Numbered from the stretch's first letter, positions 39,576 through 50,417 are shown. The stretch is DNA of 64,000 nt from a virus (IMGVR_UViG_3300031867_000006:32001-96000), one strand, 5' to 3'. The notes: a model not told the origin generated them from the letters alone. Numbers and translations are program-made.

Positions 39576-42119
39576 TTATTTTTTGATTGTGCCTTTAGAT
39601 TTAGCTTTCTCTTTTACACACTTATAGATGGTGGATTCATCTATTTTATCATTCTTGGCAATATAATAAGCCAGAAGCTTAAGAGCAATGTCTCTAGTAT
39701 CAAACGTAACAACCCATTGCTTTTTATTCTTAACTTTCTTGACTTTACCATACCATGTAACTTTACCCTTGTTTTTACCAGAGGTTCGTTTAAGCTTATA
39801 CTCTTTCTTAGCAGCCTCAACCCATGTTTTGATTTTACCACCATTGTTCTTGATAGTAACCTTAATGGATTTACCAACTTTAAGAGCTGCATTATATCCA
39901 GCACCATTATCAACAGTAGGAGATGAAGTATTCTTCTTATACTTCTTCCACTGCGTCTTCTGCGGATGAGCTTCTGTAGGATAAGTAGTGCTATCGCATC
40001 CACTTGTAGCAACCATGTAATCTTCTTTACAGTATCTACAAAGCATTACATATGGTATAGATCTAGATTCATCAAGCTTCTCTATCTTACCAACAGTATT
40101 ACATGATGGACAACCATATTTATAGTAATCTTTAGAAGATATTATTTTTGCAGGTCCGGCTGCTTTGATTTCTTTCTTGGCGCCATCGCCAGCTACAAAA
40201 CCACCATAGATAAATACTTTTCTAATTACCCATACATTTACAGTATAACCATAATTTAAGAAGTGGGTAAGTCCCTTAATGAATTTCTTAGCATCGTCAA
40301 TCTTCTTAAACATTTTAGCATCTGTAACGATATTAGATAACTCGATAACATCAGAATTCTCACCAACAAAGAGTATCTTACCATTATCCTTATGATTGGT
40401 AGTAATTACATAACGTGTATACAGCTTATAGCAGGACTCTAAATCTTTAAGATTAATCTGCTTATTATTTTTATCGTCCTTAATGGTGAGATCTGCAAAA
40501 TCATCATAATCTTCTAACTCTTCTGTTGTCTGACCTTCATCAGCATCTTCTTCAAGAACTAATGTCTGACCATCATCGGCAACAACATATCCAGCCGGAA
40601 TAACCCATATTGTACAGAAGGCATTATAAGATACGCCAGCGTAATAGTAAGTTGCTTGTAATCTAGCGCGACCCTCTGCTTTACCATAAACCATACCATC
40701 AGAATCTACTGTAAATATATTAGTATCTTGAGAAGTATAATACATTGTACCATATGCGACTGCTGTACCATAAGGCTGAATCTCTATGTTAGGATATTCA
40801 CTATCTCCAACATTGATAACAAATACTGATTCGTCAAATGCGATACCAGTGACAGTATCATCATTTAAGTATTTATTACTATCGTCAACTTCGGAATTAT
40901 CATCTAAATCGTCTTCAGAAGATCCAGTCTCATAACTTGCTTGTACTCCAGTCACATAGCATTCATCAAACTTAGTAGCATCAGATACAGATATACACTT
41001 TATAATCGCATTTCCTGGAGATAAACATGTCACATAACCATTTTCATCAACGGAGAAGCATTCTCCATTAGTATCATCACAATCACAATCCCATGTAACA
41101 CCCTCTTTAGAAGCTATGTATGGACTAATACTATAATTTAACCCTACTGTTGAACCTACAGTGATGAGTAGATTATGACTCTTTAATGTAACAGAAGATA
41201 CAGCAATCTCATCGCCATCTGTAACGTCCTCAGGAATAACTATAGATTCTGAAACAACCTGAGCGGTGGCTGAGAATGTAGCGTCAATTTCTTCTGGATT
41301 ATCCTTCTTATATCTAGTATGAACTACAGTAATTGTAGCCTCACCAATGCCTTGCAGAGTAAGAACACCATGGTTATCTACTAATGCAACTCCAGTATTC
41401 GATGAAGTATACGTTAAGTTAGGTTCTTCATTAGCCGTAGATGGGAAATACTTAAGTTTAGTATATATAGTAGAACCTTGCTTACCTTGATAGATGCTAT
41501 CATTAAATTGCATGCCTGTAATATTAATGATTGTCTCGCCAGTATCAGGCGTAGTAGGCTCCTGATCATTTATAACAATCGTAGAGAAGCACTGCACTGA
41601 CTCATTATATACCGATGCAGATAATACAGCTCTACCAGCGCTTATAGGATAAATATTACCATAAGCATCAACCTTAAAGATTGTAGTATTCGACGACTTG
41701 TATTTAACCTTAGGATAATTAACCAATCCATCAGGCTTAAAACCTAATACAGTCGGAAATGAGCTAGTATTTATAGGAATAGTATATGAATCAGACTCAA
41801 AAAATAACTGCTCAACGAGCTGTCTCTCATCATCCGCTCCAGTAACTAATATGGTAGTAGTACCCTCTATAAGATCATCACCAGAATAAGCTGTTATTTT
41901 AATAACAGCAGTACCATAGTTCTTACACTTAATAGAGACTATACCATTATCTATACTATCTACTGAAGCAATAAGATCATCTGATGATGAAAACTGAAAA
42001 TTAGCATTGCTGTCAGTCAAATCAGATGGTAGCAATATCAAATTAGCTTGTATGGTAGAACCCTGAGCAGATGAGTAAGAAGTCTTCTCAAACTGAATAG
42101 AAGTATATTTTCTAGCCAT
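39576..42119 (-). CDS. Bacterial Ig-like (Big_2) repeat virion protein with Zn ribbon and Lys-rich tail
   Basis: About five repeats of the type YxSSNTxVAxVDxxGxxxxxxxGxAxIT; CPSC...CRYC; late promoter 42149-42160. Confidence 0.8.
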   Translation of the reverse strand: MARKYTSIQFEKTSYSSAQGSTIQANLILLPSDLTDSNANFQFSSSDDLIASVDSIDNGIVSIKCKNYGTAVIKITAYSGDDLIEGTTTILVTGADDERQLVEQLFFESDSYTIPINTSSFPTVLGFKPDGLVNYPKVKYKSSNTTIFKVDAYGNIYPISAGRAVLSASVYNESVQCFSTIVINDQEPTTPDTGETIINITGMQFNDSIYQGKQGSTIYTKLKYFPSTANEEPNLTYTSSNTGVALVDNHGVLTLQGIGEATITVVHTRYKKDNPEEIDATFSATAQVVSESIVIPEDVTDGDEIAVSSVTLKSHNLLITVGSTVGLNYSISPYIASKEGVTWDCDCDDTNGECFSVDENGYVTCLSPGNAIIKCISVSDATKFDECYVTGVQASYETGSSEDDLDDNSEVDDSNKYLNDDTVTGIAFDESVFVINVGDSEYPNIEIQPYGTAVAYGTMYYTSQDTNIFTVDSDGMVYGKAEGRARLQATYYYAGVSYNAFCTIWVIPAGYVVADDGQTLVLEEDADEGQTTEELEDYDDFADLTIKDDKNNKQINLKDLESCYKLYTRYVITTNHKDNGKILFVGENSDVIELSNIVTDAKMFKKIDDAKKFIKGLTHFLNYGYTVNVWVIRKVFIYGGFVAGDGAKKEIKAAGPAKIISSKDYYKYGCPSCNTVGKIEKLDESRSIPYVMLCRYCKEDYMVATSGCDSTTYPTEAHPQKTQWKKYKKNTSSPTVDNGAGYNAALKVGKSIKVTIKNNGGKIKTWVEAAKKEYKLKRTSGKNKGKVTWYGKVKKVKNKKQWVVTFDTRDIALKLLAYYIAKNDKIDESTIYKCVKEKAKSKGTIKK

Positions 42120-42186
42120 TGCTGAATTCCTCCTTCTTTGTAATCAATTACATCAATGTCCTCCAAATAAATAATTGCCATATCTG

Positions 42187-42346
42187 GCGATGAGTTGGTG
42201 GTTTAGAGGGGCTACAAAAACTCTTACTAATTATAATCCACTTAATGGTTTCTTTGGAGTAGAAAATTGTAAGAATATTAATAATGCTGATTATGCTTGG
42301 GCTGCATATGATCCTAATAATGGTAATAAAATAATGAATAACGGCG
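42187..42346 (+). repeat. Solo variable-region cassette B
   Basis: GCGATGAGTTGGTGGTTTAGA...AATAACGGCG; encodes AMSWWFRGA...IMNNG; 157 bp GCG to GCG. Confidence 0.8.
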
Positions 42347-42425
42347 CTTATATAATCTCAAAACATAATATTAATGATCATCGGTCATAATAAACTATCA
42401 AATACTATATAAGGAGGTATTAGCA

Positions 42426-44111
42426 ATGGCTAGGATTTTATCCAATAGACCAGAGCAGGAAGTTTCTCTTTCCGTAATTACCCACTTTAAAGATGGTTCT
42501 GAATCATCCAGAACTTTTAAAGTTGGTGATGTTGTCGAAGGTCTTAGATACGTAAGTAACAGCAAAGTTGTTACTGTAACCGGTAAGATTTCTGCTATCA
42601 AGTATAATACATTCACAGTATCTAGAGTAGATGCAGAGAATGTAAAGGATTTCTTCAATGATGATATTAGAGCAGAATTCTTAGTAATTGATTGTAGTGC
42701 TCAGTATGAGTCTAACATCGTTACGGTTCCTGTAATGGAGATCGTTGAAGATGATGGGGTTGTAGATGTAGTTAAAGTTACATCTTCTCTTCATCCTAGA
42801 GTAACTATGGATATGGAATATACTGACGGGTCTGTTGTTAATCAGGATCTTGAGGTTGGCGATGTAATTACAGATTTCGTAGCAATGAGCGGTACACCCG
42901 GAACGCCTGATATTACTGGTGATTTCAGAATTACAGCATTTGCTTATAAGAACGTAACAGATACTCCTGTAGTGACAGGTCTCTATCTTACGCCTCTGGA
43001 TGGCGGTAAGGCAATTAACGTACCTTTCGGTAATATGATTTCATTTGTAGAGCAGGTTTCCGCATACGTTACAGCAGATAACTCTCTTGGAGAAATCGCA
43101 GATGCTTTAACAGCTTCTGAATCTGGTGTTGTATACGCACAGCTTAATAATGACGTAACTATACCATTGCGTGAAGATGGCAGGATAACCACTCTTATGG
43201 TAGGAGAAGGACAAGAGCTCAACTTGGACTTAAATGGTCATGAGCTTAACTGTGTAGCATACGCACTGTATGGCGACGGTGGCGTGATCAATGTTGAGAA
43301 TGGTACTATTAAGTGCGGTATTGTTGATAAGACTTATGGCGCTATTCAGGCCGCTGGTACAACAGAGCTTAACATGAAGAATATCACTCTTGATACTACT
43401 AATGTAGAGGTTGGTGATAATGAGCACAATTGGCTCTATGGTGTTGTTGGATCTGGTTCTGCAACTATCAATATCGAAGATTGCAAGATAACTACAGATG
43501 AAGCAAGCTGTATCGGTATTACTAACCAGACTAGCGATAATGCTACATTTATCATAGGTGGAGACTCTGTTCTTAAGACCACCAATTGTGGTTGTTTGTA
43601 CATTGCGGATGAACGCGAGGTTATTATTAAGGATAATGCAGTTATCGATGGCTCTATCGTAGCACGTATGGGCGAATTTACTATCCAGGATAATGCTAAG
43701 GTTATGTCTCCTGCAGACAGAGAGCTTGTTGATGGTATTGGTGTTCAGGTTACATTCAGTGGAGTAACTAAAGCTACTGCTGCATTCTGGGCTCTTACTG
43801 GTATTTATGGTACCAATACTGAGAATAATGACATGATCGTTAACGTTAAGGATAATGCTAAGATTATCGGTAAACTTGATAAGGCTATTGAAGTAATGAA
43901 GATTGATACAAAGTTCGATCAGAAAGTTGTATTTGATATTGCTTCTAAGGCTAATCTTGTATCTGTCGATGAAGATCCTATCAGAGTTTACGATAATGCA
44001 GAGCTTAGAGAGATCGCATCTGCTGCTGGTAAGACACTTGGAGCTGCTACAAAGATTACAGATCTTACTATTAAGATCGCTAAGCAGCAGGTTTATCCCG
44101 CAGCTGAATAA
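42426..44111 (+). CDS. Virion/surface protein with a C-terminal parallel beta-helix region
   Basis: 561 aa; LDLNGHEL followed by repeated INVENGTI / INIEDCKI / IIKDNAVI coils; late promoter 42362-42373. Confidence 0.6.
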   Translation: MARILSNRPEQEVSLSVITHFKDGSESSRTFKVGDVVEGLRYVSNSKVVTVTGKISAIKYNTFTVSRVDAENVKDFFNDDIRAEFLVIDCSAQYESNIVTVPVMEIVEDDGVVDVVKVTSSLHPRVTMDMEYTDGSVVNQDLEVGDVITDFVAMSGTPGTPDITGDFRITAFAYKNVTDTPVVTGLYLTPLDGGKAINVPFGNMISFVEQVSAYVTADNSLGEIADALTASESGVVYAQLNNDVTIPLREDGRITTLMVGEGQELNLDLNGHELNCVAYALYGDGGVINVENGTIKCGIVDKTYGAIQAAGTTELNMKNITLDTTNVEVGDNEHNWLYGVVGSGSATINIEDCKITTDEASCIGITNQTSDNATFIIGGDSVLKTTNCGCLYIADEREVIIKDNAVIDGSIVARMGEFTIQDNAKVMSPADRELVDGIGVQVTFSGVTKATAAFWALTGIYGTNTENNDMIVNVKDNAKIIGKLDKAIEVMKIDTKFDQKVVFDIASKANLVSVDEDPIRVYDNAELREIASAAGKTLGAATKITDLTIKIAKQQVYPAAE

Positions 44112-44125
44112 AAGGAGGTATAGAT

Positions 44126-44260
44126 ATGGCAGATATTAAAGGAATTCAGCTCCCTGTTGAAGATCCTATTAAAGCAGGAATTGTTGTTCCTGTAGGCACG
44201 GTAGGAGAGAAGGAAGCTCCTGTAACTCCTAAAGAAGAGCCTAAGGATGGCAATCAGTAA
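44126..44260 (+). CDS. Small protein (44 aa)
   Basis: MADIKGIQLPVEDPIKAG..., AAGGAGG RBS. Confidence 0.65.
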   Translation: MADIKGIQLPVEDPIKAGIVVPVGTVGEKEAPVTPKEEPKDGNQ

Positions 44261-44276
44261 ATAAGGAGGTAGCTTT

Positions 44277-44477
44277 ATGGCAAAACCTTCAAATAAAGAG
44301 GTTCATTTCGAAAACGGACCAATTATTATCGTACATGAATCCGCTAATTATCTATATGAGATAATGCAGCGGATATCTAACAACGAAAGTAGTATAGAAG
44401 GGAATGATGTTGATTTCGAAGACCTTGATAAAAATGGCGATGGAATCATATCTCCTGAAGAATTGCTTGGAAATTAA
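44277..44477 (+). CDS. Small EF-hand protein
   Basis: Canonical loop DKNGDGIISPEE; RBS. Confidence 0.7.
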   Translation: MAKPSNKEVHFENGPIIIVHESANYLYEIMQRISNNESSIEGNDVDFEDLDKNGDGIISPEELLGN

Positions 44478-44495
44478 ATATGGAGGTAAACTAAG

Positions 44496-44831
44496 ATGGC
44501 ACAAATCATCAAGAATTTTGAGAATAGCGTTATCGCTGAGATCTTAGAGGACGTTACACCCATCCCTGAGATAGTTATGGTTGTTACAACTAAGCAGTAC
44601 TGTGAGCTTACTGGAGCTGAGTTTGATGAAGCTACAATGGGTTCTGGTAATGTATGTATTTCTTTCTCAGCAGAAGAGGCAGATGCATTCAAAGAGGCTG
44701 TTGCTGAGGCAGTAGAGAATGCGAATAAACCTGTTGGTGGTGGAGAGGGTGCAACCGGTGGTCCTACTCCCGGATCTGGACCTGCATTTCCTACAGACGG
44801 TGGCAGTGCAAGTGGAACAAGTAATCCCTAA
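44496..44831 (+). CDS. Hypothetical protein with a Gly/Pro-rich tail
   Basis: 111 aa, RBS; hairpin terminator at about 44852-44874. Confidence 0.7.
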   Translation: MAQIIKNFENSVIAEILEDVTPIPEIVMVVTTKQYCELTGAEFDEATMGSGNVCISFSAEEADAFKEAVAEAVENANKPVGGGEGATGGPTPGSGPAFPTDGGSASGTSNP

Positions 44832-45053
44832 ATAATTTTGCAAAAAATAATAGAGGGTGGAGATATCCACCCTCGTTATTTGTTTATATGCTCAATAAAT
44901 ATCTAAGATAATCTACCACATTCATGATTAGCCCTCACGTCCGATTGTCTGATTGTCATCCATATTAATGACCTCCTCTCATTATTATTTTTCGAAAGAA
45001 GATCATTATAGATCATAGGATATTTCACCATACCTTTCATAACTCCTAATTAC

Positions 45054-45848
45054 TTAATCTACCGCAAAGATCTTGAATATCTTAGCATACGCATCGCCAA
45101 TATGCTTAAACACATCTGTCTTGGCGGTCTTATCATCTTTAGAGACTGTCATAACTACTCCAATATTAGATTTAATTATAAATATGAAGTAGTTATCAAT
45201 CTGATATTGACTGGCATAATTACTTTCTAAACTTACCACTTTGAAATAAGTATTTAATATATACTCATAAGCGTGGAAGTATGTATTAAAGCGTTTAACC
45301 TCGATACGTTTATCTTGCTTGCCGGGCTCATTCATAGGAAACGCATTAAGCTTCCAGACATCCATAACTATCTTATCTTCCAACTCAGATAGGAATATCT
45401 GGTATTCTCCCATCTTATAAGTATGGAAGATCTCATCATCTGCTGACTGATTAGCAAGGCCATCAATAGCTTCCTGATCTATATCTGGTTCATGTGTCAT
45501 ATCTGGATTTTGACATAACTTCTCACAAAATTCAGAATACTTGTTATTTGATGCTTTGATAAACGCATCATAATACATATCTTTCTTTTCATTATACCTA
45601 TCATAGTAAGCTTTGGAAAGATAACGATCTCGATAAGCACCAAGATAAGTATCAACCATAGCTTGATCGATGCGGAGCTTATCAACAAAATATTCTTTGT
45701 TTAAGCCAAATTCTGCTGCTTCTCTATTAAATAATTCAGCATACTCTTTAAGATATGCTTCAGATTTAGCAGCAACGACTATCTTGTCTGTTATCCCGCT
45801 TTTTGCATCTCGGACTCTCGATTTGAGAAAGTAAATATACTCCTCCAT
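45054..45848 (-). CDS. Hypothetical protein
   Basis: RBS before MEEYIY; early motif 45891-45903. Confidence 0.75.
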   Translation of the reverse strand: MEEYIYFLKSRVRDAKSGITDKIVVAAKSEAYLKEYAELFNREAAEFGLNKEYFVDKLRIDQAMVDTYLGAYRDRYLSKAYYDRYNEKKDMYYDAFIKASNNKYSEFCEKLCQNPDMTHEPDIDQEAIDGLANQSADDEIFHTYKMGEYQIFLSELEDKIVMDVWKLNAFPMNEPGKQDKRIEVKRFNTYFHAYEYILNTYFKVVSLESNYASQYQIDNYFIFIIKSNIGVVMTVSKDDKTAKTDVFKHIGDAYAKIFKIFAVD

Positions 45849-46047
45849 TTTAACCACCTCCTAAAATATTATTGGTTATTGCTACAACTTTATAATATAT
45901 AATTCAAAAACTTTAGTTGTCCTATTTATATATAAATATTCGACTCCAATACATATGCATCTAATGAAAACACTCATTGCAAACAATATGAATGGTATGC
46001 AACGCTCTACAAAAAAAGAATCCCTAGACCAAAGCCTAGGGTTCTTA

Positions 46048-46731
46048 TTATCTGAATGATTTATATATGTTATAAGCGGAATACTTCTCTGGGATCTGCC
46101 AATTGCTAATAGTGTCAGTGATCTCTGCATTCTTATTTATTACGTAATCATAAGAACCATATTGAAGCCATTCCTTATGGATTGGTTTATTATCGAAGTC
46201 ATAAAATACAACGTCTATTTGCACATTGCGATCTATTGCGTTACCGGTATTTTTAATAGTAATAACAAGATCGCCAACCTCATCAATTGTATCAGTCACT
46301 TTGATATTATCGATAGAAGCATTCTTTAATCTATCGTAAATGACCGCATTGAGATTATGCACGATCTTTAAATCCTTCTCATATAGATGAGCATCTTCGA
46401 TAACTTCCTGTCCAGGTTCTAATATCATAGAAGCGTAATTATTATTATGCTTCTTAGAACCAAAGTTGTCTCTAACCATCAATGTTTTGTCTGACTGGTT
46501 AATATAATGAGATACTATATAATCATCGCCAATCTCATCAACAACTTTAATAGAGCTAGAATAATCTTTACTAGCTTCATCCAGCTCTTCTGCTACTTCT
46601 TCTTTAGTATGCTTAGTTTCTGTCGACCCAAATAACACATAGTACACATAGTATACTGAAGTACAGAACAAAATAATTACTACAAGCGGTATTATTGGTG
46701 TAAATTCTTTGAGCCAATTCTTAATTTCCAT
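46048..46731 (-). CDS. Membrane-anchored protein with an FxLYD-like Ig domain
   Basis: N-terminal TM helix; IKNTG...VQIDVVFYD; early motif 46773-46785. Confidence 0.55.
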   Translation of the reverse strand: MEIKNWLKEFTPIIPLVVIILFCTSVYYVYYVLFGSTETKHTKEEVAEELDEASKDYSSSIKVVDEIGDDYIVSHYINQSDKTLMVRDNFGSKKHNNNYASMILEPGQEVIEDAHLYEKDLKIVHNLNAVIYDRLKNASIDNIKVTDTIDEVGDLVITIKNTGNAIDRNVQIDVVFYDFDNKPIHKEWLQYGSYDYVINKNAEITDTISNWQIPEKYSAYNIYKSFR

Positions 46732-46822
46732 TTTATATCCTCCTCTAAATGAATATTTTACTACTACATATTTATAGTATACAACTAAATATATTTAATA
46801 GACTAAAAATAATAGAGGTGGT

Positions 46823-47035
46823 TTAACCCACCTCTATAGGATACTTTTCTTTCCATTGTGCTAATAGATTTCTATGATATTCGCTATCACTACAAGAGTC
46901 GCCTTCATGGAATCGTTTACATTCTCTAACTCCAGATTCACAATGTTTATCAGATACCAAACATCTAGAACATTTATATTCACATATTGCACATAAACAC
47001 TTCTTTATATGGCATTCAGGATTTATAGCGCTCAT
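46823..47035 (-). CDS. Small Cys-rich protein
   Basis: 70 aa with 9 Cys; RBS. Confidence 0.6.
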   Translation of the reverse strand: MSAINPECHIKKCLCAICEYKCSRCLVSDKHCESGVRECKRFHEGDSCSDSEYHRNLLAQWKEKYPIEVG

Positions 47036-49137
47036 TCATCCTCCTTCAATAAATCTAAATCGCTAGGTTTATCAGATGGATCTTTAACCAATCCATTAGA
47101 TATAGATTTCTTCTCAGGATCAACATCAGTCTTCACCATGGGGTCATTTTCAGCAGTTTCTGATAAAATACTCTTAAATCGAGGATTATCTTCAATATGA
47201 TCAATTAGGAAACTGCTAAGTGTCGCATAGGCTTCGCTGAAAGGACTCTCTGGAATAACAACACTCTCTTTAAGCTTCTTTTTGAAGTCATTCTTCTGTT
47301 TTTCCATAGATAAATACCAATCTATATATTCTTTTAAACCAGCAATAGATTTAAATGATTTCATATATTCTAAGAAACCACATTCTTCTCTTTTATATGC
47401 TCGCCACATAGACTTAATCATAGAAGTATTAACTACTATAATTGGATATGGTTTAATAATATCTATTGAATCTGGAATATCCATAAGCTGTATACCTTCA
47501 AGGATGTATATTTTATCCTTATTCTTCTTGGCTATATCTATACAATATTTAAGAAATCTCTCAACTTCCTTAGCCCATGCTTTCTCATTGTTAGAAATCT
47601 TAAATTTATGAGCTCCATGATGATACTTTTCCATGTAATCTTTAATGATTAAATTACCTTCATCATTAGTAGTATTCTTATCGAAGATTATATCATTATG
47701 CTCCAGCAAATCTATCTCTATATTAACAGCGTCATACTTTTTAGCCAGTTTCGCAGCCATACTGCTCTTGCCGGAACCTGAAAGTCCTGTAATAAAGAGT
47801 ATATTAGACTGCTTAGGAAACTTCTCTACATTGTATTCAAGATTCTTAGCCTTCATAGGATTTCTATATTCATCCATGAAAGTCTCATGAATAATATCTG
47901 CAGAAGTATCTATAGTACACTCAATTATCCCTTCAGGATGTTCCAGATTAGGTTCAAACTCGATCTTAAGATCTACGAGCTGACCATCTCCTAAACGATT
48001 CCATGTAATCTTCCTAACGGAGCATAAGTTTATTCCCATATTATTAGGAATATACTCCAACTCTATAGGACAATCATATGGTTTACCAGGACCAATATCG
48101 TTAGGATCTACACGTATCATATCATATTGTACAGATCCATCATCATTAAACCATATGAAATGATAGAACTTATGCATATCATCTACCGAAGCCTCCTGAA
48201 TGAATGATTCATTAAGTTTCTTATATGAATCGCCGACTGTGCCTAAATAAGTATCGCAATCCTTGCATTTGAATATCGGTCCACCTTGAAGAAATATGCC
48301 AATATTTGTTGATCCACATTTTTTACATATTTTGGGTTTAGCATAATTAGCTTTCTCATTAACATGGATAGCTTTACGAGTATCTCCGCATAATTGCTTA
48401 TACTTAAGATCCATAAATATATTAATAAGCTGAACAAATTCATTATTGGTTAATCTGAGATAGTTATATTCACCATCTGATGTGAATAGCTTCTCCTTCT
48501 CGATTGTTCTAGCCCTTGAATCAGTTCTAGATGATGAAACTTGTGTATTAGGTCTGCTACCGCCATCTTTAACTTCAATGATAAGATTATATGGTATATA
48601 TAAGAAGTCAGGAATATACATATGTTTCTCACCATTATATTCATATTCCATTATCGGTCCAGGACTCAATATATCTTGAGATTTAATCTCTAAGTATTGA
48701 TCCATGAATTCAAGAGCCTGCTTCTCGAATGTACCAGTATAACCAACTTTACCACCATCTGTAAATGTATACATTCCAGATATGCGTCTATTCGCAAGCA
48801 TCTTCTCTTGCTGCTCAGGATCATTGAGAAGTGTCTCTTTGCCGTAGACCTTCATTGTGTTCTTCTTATACTTCTCATGAAGTGCTTCTTTACATCTAGG
48901 ATTACCGCATAATACATCATATCTCCCAGCCGACTCATTCCATGGAGTATCTTTACCGCATATTCTACATTTACCCCTCTTAGTCTCATTAGGGTTTGCT
49001 ATATCGAATACTACTCTTCTTGCTGTGTATCCTTCAGGGATCATCTCATCATGTCTTTTATATATATGATTTATTAAATCATTACGCTCATATCTATTCT
49101 TACAATATGGGCACGCTAATTTGGGTTTAGCCATCAT
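47032..49137 (-). CDS. Multidomain protein: Zn fingers + PD-(D/E)xK nuclease + Zn ribbon + P-loop kinase
   Basis: CPYC..H..H; CRIC..C..C; YIPDF...IIEVKDG; CKKC...CKDC; FITGLSGSGKSS; late promoter 49163-49174. Confidence 0.7.
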   Translation of the reverse strand: MMAKPKLACPYCKNRYERNDLINHIYKRHDEMIPEGYTARRVVFDIANPNETKRGKCRICGKDTPWNESAGRYDVLCGNPRCKEALHEKYKKNTMKVYGKETLLNDPEQQEKMLANRRISGMYTFTDGGKVGYTGTFEKQALEFMDQYLEIKSQDILSPGPIMEYEYNGEKHMYIPDFLYIPYNLIIEVKDGGSRPNTQVSSSRTDSRARTIEKEKLFTSDGEYNYLRLTNNEFVQLINIFMDLKYKQLCGDTRKAIHVNEKANYAKPKICKKCGSTNIGIFLQGGPIFKCKDCDTYLGTVGDSYKKLNESFIQEASVDDMHKFYHFIWFNDDGSVQYDMIRVDPNDIGPGKPYDCPIELEYIPNNMGINLCSVRKITWNRLGDGQLVDLKIEFEPNLEHPEGIIECTIDTSADIIHETFMDEYRNPMKAKNLEYNVEKFPKQSNILFITGLSGSGKSSMAAKLAKKYDAVNIEIDLLEHNDIIFDKNTTNDEGNLIIKDYMEKYHHGAHKFKISNNEKAWAKEVERFLKYCIDIAKKNKDKIYILEGIQLMDIPDSIDIIKPYPIIVVNTSMIKSMWRAYKREECGFLEYMKSFKSIAGLKEYIDWYLSMEKQKNDFKKKLKESVVIPESPFSEAYATLSSFLIDHIEDNPRFKSILSETAENDPMVKTDVDPEKKSISNGLVKDPSDKPSDLDLLKEDE

Positions 49138-49220
49138 ATCTAACCTCCTTATCTAGTAAGATTATTAAGATGTCGAGGCTTCAAAAAATAACGCTAGACA
49201 TATCGCCTAGCGTTATTATA

Positions 49221-50417
49221 TTATTTATTAAGATCCGATTTTATCCATTTCAGTATATTATTCTGTAATATCGCAGGATTTACATAATCACTATCATATG
49301 CACGTAATATAGATTTAGATATTTCTGGATTTAATCCAAAATCTCTACACATTTTATACGCCACATTTTTGCTTATATCTTCCATTTTAATTATCTTATC
49401 AAATCGACCGGCCCTTGTTACAGCTTCATCAAATAAATATATATAGTTTGTAGTTGCAACAAATATAGTATTATTTGGTGAACTTGGTGAATCTAATAAA
49501 GATAATAACTTAGCTATGTTTTCCTTATCCTGAGAAGTTATACTTTTTGATTCTCTTGATGATAAAATAGTATCTATATCATCTAATAGAACAACATTAA
49601 GATCTGTAAAGGCGCCGCCGCCGCAACAACTATCGATTTCTTTAGATAAATCTGATACATTCATATATTTGAATGTGGATAAATCTACCATTGTTAAATT
49701 GCAATTCATATAGCTTGCTATTGCATTTACTATGGATGATTTGCCTACGCCTGGTTTTCCATATAATAATATACCGGTTTTAAATTTGATGCCTCGTCTA
49801 TTATATATATTTTTATTATTTATCCATGTATCTAAATAATTTATTATATTTTCTTTAACACCATCATTTAAATAAATGGTTTCAAATTTCCTATATGCAG
49901 ATCTAATATCGTTACAAGTTATTTTACCATCTTTATCACAATGTAAACATGAAACGATTTTGCTCCTAGAAATATCAGTATTTGCTTTATTTAATATATC
50001 ATTATAATATTTATGTGCGTGCTTTCCAAATATATAAAATATACCATAGAAATTAGTTCCTTCTGAATTTGGAACTGATCTAAAATTATCATGATATATG
50101 AAAAGATATGTTCTATTATCAAGCTGTATCAATTTAGTTATTATATTAGAAGTTATTTCTAATTTAGCATTAGTGGCATCTCTAATAATTGTTTTATGCC
50201 CATATTCCTTCAAATACTTATTGATCGCATCAATTGATCGTGATTCAGTACCATCCCATATTATATACCCTAAGCTATCTATATACTTTTTCAGTATAAT
50301 TTTTATTGTTTTATTTCTAACTTTCCTAAGCATATGATTTATAGTTGCCGAATCCATAAAATCACTAACTTTAATTTTATCATTATCAAATACCATATTG
50401 ACCCTCTCTTTAAACAA
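49221..50417 (-). CDS. AAA+ ATPase (BCS1-like)
   Basis: GILLYGKPGVGKS, VLLDDID, ATTN, RAGRFD; early motif 50443-50455. Confidence 0.85.
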   Translation of the reverse strand: MFKERVNMVFDNDKIKVSDFMDSATINHMLRKVRNKTIKIILKKYIDSLGYIIWDGTESRSIDAINKYLKEYGHKTIIRDATNAKLEITSNIITKLIQLDNRTYLFIYHDNFRSVPNSEGTNFYGIFYIFGKHAHKYYNDILNKANTDISRSKIVSCLHCDKDGKITCNDIRSAYRKFETIYLNDGVKENIINYLDTWINNKNIYNRRGIKFKTGILLYGKPGVGKSSIVNAIASYMNCNLTMVDLSTFKYMNVSDLSKEIDSCCGGGAFTDLNVVLLDDIDTILSSRESKSITSQDKENIAKLLSLLDSPSSPNNTIFVATTNYIYLFDEAVTRAGRFDKIIKMEDISKNVAYKMCRDFGLNPEISKSILRAYDSDYVNPAILQNNILKWIKSDLNK

